This document shows, one piece after another, positions 41,062-49,067 of a stretch of DNA of 64,000 nt. Each line of letters opens with the position of its first letter. Positions within the stretch are counted from its first letter, which is position 1. The translations under genes and the position numbers were made by a program. This DNA is from an uncultured Aquimarina sp. (GTDB lineage Bacteria; Bacteroidota; Bacteroidia; Flavobacteriales; Flavobacteriaceae). The notes beneath the pieces were generated by a model. That model worked only from the letters and a program-made list of their open reading frames with translations. It did no database searches and was not told the origin of the DNA. The stretch lies in assembly GCA_947497175.1 (NCBI GenBank), contig CANMFM010000009.1, positions 36,348 through 100,347 on the forward strand, given 5' to 3'.

Positions 41062-41066
41062 AATTG

Positions 41067-42716
41067 TTATTCCATATTCTTCGAGGTAACGACTTTTAGG
41101 TGTAAGTTACCAGTTATTGGTTTTGAAAGTTTAACTTTTAGAGAGTTTCCATCAACTCCTATAAAATTACCAATGACAGGCTCTCCGCCAAAATAGTTAG
41201 TAACTCCTAGATAAAATTCTTGAACTCTACCGATTAGATGTTTTTTACTTATATCAATAAATGAAATATTATTTGTTGGAGGAGTTGTAATTGATTCCTT
41301 GATTGAATAATGAGTTCCTCGCATATTAACATTGCCATCAGAAGTATTATTCGTAATATATGTATCAAAAATTTGATCTTGATTGAAATAAAAATTTCTT
41401 GGTGTAAGAATTTTAAATGCTTCTATTTGAATATTACTTTGAAAAATATTGTTTGTAACTGTAAATCCTCGAATATTTTGATTTGTCCAATTTGATTCTA
41501 TTTCAAAAGGCGCATAATTGGTATCATCATCAACATAAATGAAATAACAGTTAGTAACTGAGGTCATTTTAGGTCCTCCAATATTCAATTTACAATTATC
41601 AAAATAACAAGCCGTTATTCTGTTGGCTGAAGTATTACCTTCTAATTTCATTCCATAAAATGAATCATATATATGTATTTTATCGTATACGTTTGCTGTA
41701 GATCCAATGGACCTAACACCATATTCTAGTCCTTTCATTGCAATATTAGTAAAGTGGTGATCCGAATTCGAGAAATTTCCATTGTTTTCTAATCTGATAC
41801 CTGTTCCAGTTCTATGCTCAACGCCTTCATCAAAATAATCTCCATCTTTGTTAATAAAAAAAGAATTCGTTATAATTATTTCATTTGATTCTCCGTGTAC
41901 TAAAACTCCGCTCATATCCTTATCAATATCAAAAACTGAAAAGTTATCGAATACCCATCTAATACTATTAGCTAACCTTATACCACTAGTTTTGTAATTA
42001 CAGTTGAGTGTAATGTTTTTGAAAATGATATTTTCTCTATTAAACCTTCTTTCGTCAGTTGAAGATGTTTTTTCAATATACGTATCAAATAAGAAATCAC
42101 CTGTAAAACTATCATTTGCTCTTATAATCCCATTAGACAATTGAAAGGTGCTAGTTTCTGGAAGTAATACTTTGTTTTCTAAGACAAATTCTCCTCCCGC
42201 AAAATCTAAAAGAATATTACTGTTGTTAGTTTTTGTATCATTAATTTTTATCCTTGTAACCGCTTTTTGTCTCCGCATAATGAAATTCAAAGATTGTTTT
42301 ATGCTATCATCATCAGGAATAGTGTCATTTTGGACAGCACCCCACCAATGGGGATATACTTTTTTAATTTTTGAATTTCCTAATATTTCTGCATTGTTGT
42401 TGAGTTTGAATATTTGTTGTAATCCGGCATCAATACTTCCATTAAGGGTTAATTTGACGTTATTATCTATTATTAGTTTATTTCCGTTAAAAAAATGGAG
42501 TTCTATACCTTTTGGAATTATAAAATTATTTTTTAAAATAATGTCTCCTTTAATCGTTAATGTCCCAATACCATTTAATTCAGAAATCGCATCTGACAGA
42601 ACATTATTAATAGTTGGATTATTATCTTGAACTCCTCCAAGTATTACTAATTCTGTAGTTTGTCCGATTATCGATAGAGAAACTAATAAAAATAAGGTAG
42701 TAAATTTTCTTTTCAT
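41067..42716 (-). CDS. Secreted right-handed parallel beta-helix (pectate-lyase-fold) protein
   Basis: Signal peptide. VYPHWWGAVQNDTIPDDDSIKQSLNFI resembles the N-terminus of pectate_lyase_3-type domains. N/I/F-rich repeats fit beta-helix coils. Confidence 0.65.
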   Translation of the reverse strand: MKRKFTTLFLLVSLSIIGQTTELVILGGVQDNNPTINNVLSDAISELNGIGTLTIKGDIILKNNFIIPKGIELHFFNGNKLIIDNNVKLTLNGSIDAGLQQIFKLNNNAEILGNSKIKKVYPHWWGAVQNDTIPDDDSIKQSLNFIMRRQKAVTRIKINDTKTNNSNILLDFAGGEFVLENKVLLPETSTFQLSNGIIRANDSFTGDFLFDTYIEKTSSTDERRFNRENIIFKNITLNCNYKTSGIRLANSIRWVFDNFSVFDIDKDMSGVLVHGESNEIIITNSFFINKDGDYFDEGVEHRTGTGIRLENNGNFSNSDHHFTNIAMKGLEYGVRSIGSTANVYDKIHIYDSFYGMKLEGNTSANRITACYFDNCKLNIGGPKMTSVTNCYFIYVDDDTNYAPFEIESNWTNQNIRGFTVTNNIFQSNIQIEAFKILTPRNFYFNQDQIFDTYITNNTSDGNVNMRGTHYSIKESITTPPTNNISFIDISKKHLIGRVQEFYLGVTNYFGGEPVIGNFIGVDGNSLKVKLSKPITGNLHLKVVTSKNME

Positions 42717-42728
42717 TTTTTTAATATT

Positions 42729-42918
42729 TGCTAACGTTCAGCTATGCGTAGTGCGGGAGCAAAAAAACATTGGTTTTCGATCAAGCACTTAGCCAAAGTT
42801 TATGTTTTGTTTTTATCTTTTCTAAAATACTAAATTTAAATCTTTGGCGACAAATCAAATAAACAATAGTCTTTCGATTAAACCTATATTCCGCATTATC
42901 GCATAGGTGTTGTTCTAA
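42729..42918 (-). repeat. attC-like imperfect palindrome (190 bp)
   Basis: TGCTAAC-GTTCAGCTATGCGTAGTGCGGGA ... TTCCGCATTATCGCATAGGTGTT-GTTCTAA. The CTATGCG..GCGGGA/TTCCGC..CGCATAG arms are inverted. The TAG stop of 42915..43466 lies inside the box. Confidence 0.7.
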
Positions 42919-43466
42919 GTCGTTTTTTTATTTTTCCATCCTCTTTTTTCAAAACTTCTCACATTCTTACTATCCTTTATTGAGTTCAGATATTCCGCAA
43001 GAATTTTCAATTCCGAGTCAGTTTGGTCTCCTTCAAAGGCGGTCACATATACCGCATTGCCATAATTATCCTTTGTTTTTTCAGGAGAATCGTCAATCAT
43101 CAGTATCCGTTCAATTGAGAAACCTTTCTTTTTTACTTTTTTAAGTCTTTTTTCGTGAACATATTCGTCAAGTTGATAATCCCTTTTTGTGGTACAGCGA
43201 GTTCTTCCCCAAACAAATTCAAATTCAATATTTTCAGGTTTTATTTTTTTTACTATTTCCTTAACATACTTATCGTCAGCAGATGACCAAATAGCTAATT
43301 TAAAATTAACACTCATAGACTCTAAAAACCATTCAAGATTTGGTCTTCTATAAATGAAATAATCAGCATATTGAAAGTCAAAATCAATTTCGAGTTTATG
43401 TTCAGTTGCGTGAATAAGAGTTTCGTCCAAATCCAGTACTAGTAGTATTTTGTTTTTAATTTCCAA
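42915..43466 (-). CDS. HAD-superfamily NIF/FCP1-like phosphatase
   Basis: TTG start. LVLDLDETLIH carries the DxDxT motif in the characteristic DLDETL context of NLI-interacting-factor-like phosphatases. MIDDSP motif IV-like region. Confidence 0.75.
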   Translation of the reverse strand: MEIKNKILLVLDLDETLIHATEHKLEIDFDFQYADYFIYRRPNLEWFLESMSVNFKLAIWSSADDKYVKEIVKKIKPENIEFEFVWGRTRCTTKRDYQLDEYVHEKRLKKVKKKGFSIERILMIDDSPEKTKDNYGNAVYVTAFEGDQTDSELKILAEYLNSIKDSKNVRSFEKRGWKNKKTT

Positions 43467-43480
43467 ATTTCGTTAATGGC

Positions 43481-43611
43481 TTAGAACGTGTTTGTATATG
43501 GTTTGTTGCGTGGTTTAGCACGTAATTTAGCAAATAAAAACCGAATAGAAAATCCGCGAGGATTTTCAGAAGTAGGTGAGAACCAGCAATTACTTATAGC
43601 CATTGTTGGCT
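43481..43611 (-). repeat. attC-like imperfect palindrome (family B)
   Basis: TTAGAAC-GTGTTTGTATATGGTTTGTTGCGTGG ... AAACCGAATAGAAAATCCGCGAGGATTTTCAGAAGTAGGTGAGAACCAGCAATTACTTATAGCCATT-GTTGGCT. Confidence 0.7.
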
Positions 43612-43622
43612 ACAGTTATTTG

Positions 43623-45128
43623 TTATTCATAATTGCCTTCTGGGTCTGTTTTATAAACTAATAGTTCTGGTTTTTCTTCTCCATAATAATAGTTTTTACT
43701 CAAACTTCCTGCAACTCTATATCCTCCATCTTCTTCAGGCAATATTGAACGACCATATAGGTAGGTGAAACTTTCTTGATATTTCTTGTTCCATTCCTCT
43801 GTACCCGAACTAGAAAATTTGTAAATTCCTAATGCGCCATAATTACCTAAATCAACATGTCCTGTTGTAATGAATCCACCATCCATGGTTTCAGCTATAG
43901 AGAAAGTTGAAGATAATTCTGTAGAAACATTCCAAACTTCTGTACCTTCAGGGTCGATTTCAAAGATTCTACCCCCACTTATGTCATAAGCACCCCAGCT
44001 ATATCCTGCAAAAGCATAATTTCCATTACTCTTTGTTATTATTTTTCTCGGAAAATCATAACGACCATCTCCAAAAGTATTTTCCCATAAAGTTTCTCCA
44101 TCATTTGTTAGCTTTAAAACCCAGAAGTCAATTTGTTCATCTTGTGTAGAAGTTGCTCCATTCGTTTCAGTTGACCCTAATACTATAAGGTTATTCGCAT
44201 TTGTAATAATAATATCGTAGAAAAAATTTCGTCGTGAGGGTTCAAAAATTTTCTCCCATTGAATTATTCCAGAAGAATTAAGTTTTGTCAATACAGCTTG
44301 TTGTTTTATCAGAGAGTTATCAGAACCTCTACCTCCAACAATAAATATACTTCCTTCAGAATCTTGGGCAACAGATTTTATATCAGCAGAACCATCTAGA
44401 ATACCATAGCTATCAATTTTTTTATACCAGATAATATTTCCTTCACTATCCAAACTTAAAACATGATGATGACTAACCAAAATAAAACCAGTTAGTGAAT
44501 TAATAATAGTTGGATTCCAACCATCAGTTAGGTCATAATCATAAAATTTTTTCCATAATTCATTTCCATCATAATCAATTTTTGAAACGAAAAGGCGATA
44601 CCCATTTCCATTTGGAAATACAGATGCTCCAGCGATAATATAATTTTGGTCATTGGATTTTATCATGGTATTAGGACCTCCATAAGCATAACCATTCGGG
44701 CCATAACTATATTCACCATAATCATATTTTTTGAGGTATTTTAAATAGTATTTTTCAGTTTGAAAAGAAAAAGTAACCTCTGTTTGATTGTTTTCAGTAT
44801 CTTTTGCAATTATTTTTCCAGAATAGTCAGTTAATTCTTCAAGGTCAATAAATTCATATGTGAGTTCAGTAATGTTTTCAATAACTAATTCTTGGTTTAA
44901 ATAAATATCATAGATTACCGTATCATTTTCTGGGTCAGTAGCTTGATTCCAATTAAGTGTTGCGCCTTCAGATGAAACATTGATAATTTCAATATCAAAA
45001 TTATTCGGCGCAAGATTAATTATTTCTTCTTCTTCTTCTTCTTCTTCTATAATTTCATTTATAGAATCATCTTTCGAACATCCTATTATTAAAAAGATAA
45101 TTAATAATGTAGAATAAAATTTTTCCAT
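43623..45128 (-). CDS. Lipoprotein with E-rich linker, FN3 domain and beta-propeller-like C-terminal region
   Basis: The internal ATG at 45128 gives MEKFYSTLLIIFLIIGCS (lipobox). The 18-codon upstream extension in the ORF track reads through the attC-like site. FN3-like region APNNFDIEIINVSSEGATLNWNQATDPE. Confidence 0.7.
   Translation of the reverse strand: MEKFYSTLLIIFLIIGCSKDDSINEIIEEEEEEEEIINLAPNNFDIEIINVSSEGATLNWNQATDPENDTVIYDIYLNQELVIENITELTYEFIDLEELTDYSGKIIAKDTENNQTEVTFSFQTEKYYLKYLKKYDYGEYSYGPNGYAYGGPNTMIKSNDQNYIIAGASVFPNGNGYRLFVSKIDYDGNELWKKFYDYDLTDGWNPTIINSLTGFILVSHHHVLSLDSEGNIIWYKKIDSYGILDGSADIKSVAQDSEGSIFIVGGRGSDNSLIKQQAVLTKLNSSGIIQWEKIFEPSRRNFFYDIIITNANNLIVLGSTETNGATSTQDEQIDFWVLKLTNDGETLWENTFGDGRYDFPRKIITKSNGNYAFAGYSWGAYDISGGRIFEIDPEGTEVWNVSTELSSTFSIAETMDGGFITTGHVDLGNYGALGIYKFSSSGTEEWNKKYQESFTYLYGRSILPEEDGGYRVAGSLSKNYYYGEEKPELLVYKTDPEGNYE
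45025..45048. repeat. (TTC)8 / (GAA)8 microsatellite inside a CDS
   Basis: Eight perfect TTC units on the + strand encode the E8 run of the lipoprotein. Confidence 0.9.
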
Positions 45129-45146
45129 TTTCTTGTTTTTAATTGT

Positions 45147-45213
45147 GGCCAACGTTTCTTGTATGTTGCGTTTGCTTCCCAATTAAGCAAATGAAATATA
45201 CAAACTGTTGTAG
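45147..45213 (-). repeat. attC-like imperfect palindrome (short, 67 bp)
   Basis: GGCCAAC-GTTTCTTGTATGTTGCGTTTGCTT ... AAGCAAATGAAATATACAAACT-GTTGTAG. The inverted arms are GTTT.TTGTAT/ATACAAAC and TTTGCTT/AAGCAAA. Confidence 0.7.
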
Positions 45214-45217
45214 TGCG

Positions 45218-47374
45218 TTATTTTTTTAATTTATTTTCGATGTTTTTAATAAATGTATGGTTGTTATCAAAATAATCTTTAGCTATATCTAATGCTTGAT
45301 TATATTTTTCAATTGCTAGAGAATTGTTTCGTTGATTCTCTTTAATTATGTCTCCTTCTAAGTTTAGTAAATATGCATCATATATCGTTATATCTTTATT
45401 AAAACAATTTGCCTTTGTTAAGCGTGCTTTTTTTAAAAAGTCCAAACTTTCAATATATTTTCTTTGATTTAATTTCGATTCTATAATATTTAAATAACAT
45501 ACAAGCTGATTTACACTCCGTTGTTTACCATAATAATCATCAAGTTTTTTTATAGCAATTTTATATAATGAATCAGCTTTTTTATATTTTTCAAAATGCA
45601 TCAAATTGGTTGCTAAGCCATTGTATGCAATTCCTAAATTAGAAGATTTACTTATGCCAAAATTCTTATGACACTCAATTGTTACTTTAAAAATAGAATC
45701 AGATAGTTTTGAGTTAAATCCGATATTAATGTTACCTAAATCATTATGAAAAACCGTATTGCTTGGATAAGTAGTTTCGTATTCTGCTAAAAAGTTGAGA
45801 ACACTTGAGCTAATACTGTTTTTATCATAACTGATGTCTAATTCATCATTTATTTGAGCTATATTTAATTCAAGAGAATTTTTTTTAACTACATTAAGAT
45901 TTTTATAGAAATTAAGAGCTTTTTTGTAATGTTTTTTAGATTCGACATAATTCCCTTTTATGAAATTATATTGACCTAAAAGTTCATCTATATACGCTTG
46001 GCCGTAGTTATTGTTCTTGGTTTTTGAAATTAAACTTTGTGTGATTAGAATTTCCTGTTCAAAGTCTTTAAAATCAGAGTTTTTAAGTTCTAATTGCAGT
46101 AGTAGAATTTTTGAAACAAGTAAACTAGAAGGTTTGTTTTCTTGTTTATAACAATCACAAGTTCTATTAGCTAGCTTTAAAGCTTCTTTGATGTTTTCTT
46201 TTTGATATATACTAGTTTTATATAGCAAATATTTACAGTTGTTACTTGAAACTATGTTTTCGTATTCTGTTAAATATGTTTTAGCATTTTGAATACTATC
46301 GGTAGCTAGATAATTTTTAATTAACCGGATATAAGTATTCTCAAATGAATTTAGATTACTTATGCTGTCATGATTTAAGATTTGCAAAGATAATTTGTTT
46401 AATGATATTGCATCACCATAAAATGAACGGTCATAGGAATTTTCAGCTACATTTTCTATAATATAGTAGTAGTCAATATCGACGGTATCTTTTACTTTTG
46501 AGTAATTATCTATTAAATATTCAAATTCAGAATCATAATTATCGTAATCTAACAGCTTATTGTATGTTAATAAAAGATTATACCTGTTCCAATAGATATC
46601 ACTTTCTGTGGATTTTATATATTTTGGTTTATGCTCTTTATGAGTTAAAATACTATCTGCTTTAATATAATTTTTTAAAGCAAGGGGGTAATTTTTGTTA
46701 TCGTAAAAGTTATCTCCGTTGGCTATATAGGCATCTGCTAAAAATTCATATGTTCCAGAAAAATCTTGATAGCGTAAAGTGTCATAATTCCTCCATTCTT
46801 TGCCATATAATATTGCCTCTTTAGCATTAATTATAGCTTTGTCATATTTTTTAAGATTCATTAAGTCCTCGTAATTATGTATTCTGTCAAACATTAATAA
46901 GTTATAATAAACACTAGAATCAGGAGAAACCATTCTTAGTAAGATGTTTCTATACATATTAAAATGAATGCTGGAAAAAGAAAAAAATGACGTGAAAATG
47001 GCAATAACTATGGATCGGTAAAATATGTATTTAAGTTTTTTAGTAAAATTATTTTTTTTATAAATCCATAAGCCAATTAATGTAAGTGAAAAGATAATAT
47101 TTATTGAAATTAGAACTTTTCTGAAAATAGATACTGGTAACCATAATGTAAAGGCGAAAATACCTAAAGCTGAGCCTAAAATTATTCCTACTAATATGTT
47201 CACTTCATCTTGGTCATTTTGGTAACTTAAAAAATAAAACCCACCTATGATATAGCATATACTTAGAATAGATGTGCTTATCAGTAAAGGTGTTGTAAAA
47301 TGATTTCCGAATATTAAGACCCCAAGGAAAAGTAAAAGAATAGTTCCAATTAGAATTTTTTCACTTTTTTTCAT
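45218..47374 (-). CDS. Membrane-anchored tetratricopeptide-repeat protein
   Basis: 718 aa. The N-terminal ~140 aa hold about 5 TM helices. The rest is Y/N/K-rich TPR-like repeats (YDKAIINAKEAILYGK..., ALKNYIKADSIL...). Confidence 0.65.
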   Translation of the reverse strand: MKKSEKILIGTILLLFLGVLIFGNHFTTPLLISTSILSICYIIGGFYFLSYQNDQDEVNILVGIILGSALGIFAFTLWLPVSIFRKVLISINIIFSLTLIGLWIYKKNNFTKKLKYIFYRSIVIAIFTSFFSFSSIHFNMYRNILLRMVSPDSSVYYNLLMFDRIHNYEDLMNLKKYDKAIINAKEAILYGKEWRNYDTLRYQDFSGTYEFLADAYIANGDNFYDNKNYPLALKNYIKADSILTHKEHKPKYIKSTESDIYWNRYNLLLTYNKLLDYDNYDSEFEYLIDNYSKVKDTVDIDYYYIIENVAENSYDRSFYGDAISLNKLSLQILNHDSISNLNSFENTYIRLIKNYLATDSIQNAKTYLTEYENIVSSNNCKYLLYKTSIYQKENIKEALKLANRTCDCYKQENKPSSLLVSKILLLQLELKNSDFKDFEQEILITQSLISKTKNNNYGQAYIDELLGQYNFIKGNYVESKKHYKKALNFYKNLNVVKKNSLELNIAQINDELDISYDKNSISSSVLNFLAEYETTYPSNTVFHNDLGNINIGFNSKLSDSIFKVTIECHKNFGISKSSNLGIAYNGLATNLMHFEKYKKADSLYKIAIKKLDDYYGKQRSVNQLVCYLNIIESKLNQRKYIESLDFLKKARLTKANCFNKDITIYDAYLLNLEGDIIKENQRNNSLAIEKYNQALDIAKDYFDNNHTFIKNIENKLKK

Positions 47375-47397
47375 TTAAGTATTTTTCTTTTGGTAAT

Positions 47398-47572
47398 GCA
47401 CTACAACGCCAAATATATGAATCGGAGCAAGGCAAGTATACCTGAACCAATTGATCTATCTGCGCATTTTTATTTCTTATTAAACTTATAAAAACTTAGC
47501 GCTTTTGCAAAAAAATGAAATAATCTGTCGATCCAGTAGTAAATTGCTCTAATTTTATATATCATGTTAGGC
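47398..47572 (-). repeat. attC-like imperfect palindrome (divergent family A)
   Basis: GCACTACAAC-GCCAAATATATGAATCGG ... TCTGCGCATT ... TTTTATATATCAT-GTTAGGC. The TAA stop of 47567..47974 lies inside GCCTAAC on the minus strand. Confidence 0.7.
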
Positions 47573-47974
47573 AATGTTCTCTATTTCCGTCATACTTAAT
47601 TTTTCAATCAATATCTTTTTCAGATTAAACTCTTCCCTAAAATTAGTGGGGTTTTCAATGAGAATTTGACTTAGAGCTTCGAAATGAAACCTTAGTTTAA
47701 CTGGGGTATATTTTTTCGTTTTCCTATGCCAAAGTAAAACTCCATTTAAATCGAAGTTTCTATTAAACTTATCTTTAGTTTTTTTATGAGTTTTGCTATC
47801 AAAACTTCTGCTTATTGCAATAGAATTTTGTTTTTTTGGAAATCCAATTCCATCAAACTTTGATATTGTCAAAGTTTCTTTATAAAGTGGAAATTCACTT
47901 TCAAGAATTTTCGCCAAATCTTTATCGAATTGTTCTAAATGTTCTCTTCTTAATTTTTTATAAAAGATTTTCAT
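47567..47974 (-). CDS. Hypothetical protein (cassette-borne)
   Basis: 135 aa. No recognised motif. Confidence 0.5.
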   Translation of the reverse strand: MKIFYKKLRREHLEQFDKDLAKILESEFPLYKETLTISKFDGIGFPKKQNSIAISRSFDSKTHKKTKDKFNRNFDLNGVLLWHRKTKKYTPVKLRFHFEALSQILIENPTNFREEFNLKKILIEKLSMTEIENIA

Positions 47975-47983
47975 CTCAACATT

Positions 47984-48154
47984 GCCTAACGTTTAATATA
48001 TATGTCATAACAGGGCAAAATGTTACCTTGCTTTTTGATTTTTCTGCGCATTGGTTGCTAACTTTTCCATTCTGCAAGCATTGCGCCTTACCAAATATAC
48101 AAGAACCAATCAATTGATCACTTAGCTGCTATGATCGCATATATAATGTTAGGC
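47984..48154 (-). repeat. attC-like imperfect palindrome (family A)
   Basis: GCCTAAC-GTTTAATATATATGTCATAACAGGGCAAAATGTTACC ... CAATCAATTGATCACTTAGCTGCTATGATCGCATATATAAT-GTTAGGC. These match the canonical RYYYAAC / GTTRRRY boxes. Confidence 0.75.
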
Positions 48155-48163
48155 AATGTTTTA

Positions 48164-48604
48164 TTATTCAGTTTTTTTATCCATTTTTTTTCCTACGGAA
48201 TCTATTTTATCGTTTAATGAATTCAGTTGAATTTCAAGTAAATTATTCCGCTCTCGTATAATCTCGTTTTGGGTACTTAATTTTTTGTTTATCTGTTGTA
48301 GTTGGTTAATTTGGTCATTTTGCCATTTTTGATCTCCTCTGTAATCAATACTAGCGAAAACAACACCAATTATTGATAAGATAATTGCGATTACTGATAG
48401 AACTATAACAAAATTTGTAAGCTTGGTAGATTTTTTTGCAAATTCATTATTTGATCTTCTTACTAATTCATTATGAGATAAGTTTGCGATATCTCTTTTA
48501 ACGTTTGGAGATTTAGTGGTGTCTAAAAAATCATTAGAATTGTTAGTGTATAACTTCTTAAGTTCCTCCTCGGACATTTCAAATATTTCAAGTTTTTCAG
48601 TCAT
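48164..48604 (-). CDS. Hypothetical single-TM coiled-coil protein
   Basis: 146 aa, with a central TM (FVIVLSVIAIILSIIGVVFA) and a Q/N-rich coiled-coil C-terminus. Confidence 0.5.
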   Translation of the reverse strand: MTEKLEIFEMSEEELKKLYTNNSNDFLDTTKSPNVKRDIANLSHNELVRRSNNEFAKKSTKLTNFVIVLSVIAIILSIIGVVFASIDYRGDQKWQNDQINQLQQINKKLSTQNEIIRERNNLLEIQLNSLNDKIDSVGKKMDKKTE

Positions 48605-48624
48605 TAAATTCTTGTATTTTCGAT

Positions 48625-49056
48625 TTACTTTAACTTAAATTTACTCCCTTCCTTATATCCAACTGGTAATTTGGGACTTTTAATTCCGAAAGGTCCAGAT
48701 CCATTATGATTGTAATAAAATTCTTCTTTGTTGTCCGAATATCTTCCTGCACAAAGAAGATTAAATGTTGTACTTTTTCTACTAGATTTTAACACATTTA
48801 TATCAATCCATACTGGAACTTTACCTTTTCTATATAACAAATCTACCACTTCATTATCCGATAAGTCAAGTTGCATTTTACCAGTATCTTCAGGATAAAT
48901 ATCAAATTGTGGTAGATTTGGATCGTCCGTTGAGGCGTTTAGAATAACATTATATTTGAAGTCAGTAGTTAGTTTATTTTTGACATAGTTTTCAGCAAAC
49001 TTAAGAGCTACTAAACTCGCTCCTTGTAGATGAAATAAGAATTCTTCTTTTGTCAT
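48625..49056 (-). CDS. Hypothetical protein (first gene of the array)
   Basis: 143 aa. It ends 20 nt before the next ORF with no palindrome between them, so the two form a two-gene unit. Confidence 0.5.
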   Translation of the reverse strand: MTKEEFLFHLQGASLVALKFAENYVKNKLTTDFKYNVILNASTDDPNLPQFDIYPEDTGKMQLDLSDNEVVDLLYRKGKVPVWIDINVLKSSRKSTTFNLLCAGRYSDNKEEFYYNHNGSGPFGIKSPKLPVGYKEGSKFKLK

Positions 49057-49067
49057 TTTTTAATATT

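Noticed and set aside
45129-45182. N-terminal extension MGSKRNIQETLATIKNKK of ORF 43623..45182.
   Set aside because: The extension is translated from the attC-like palindrome itself. The internal Met at 45128 gives a canonical lipoprotein signal.
34093-48154. Reading the ~170-bp family A palindromes as MITEs or REP-type elements inserted in intergenic DNA.
   Set aside because: The outermost flanks of a single element are often not complementary to each other (for example 47398 GCACTACAAC versus 47566 GTTAGGCAATG). They are complementary to the flank on the far side of the adjacent gene. No target-site duplications were seen. This fits cassette boundaries better, although solo copies elsewhere in the genome cannot be checked here.
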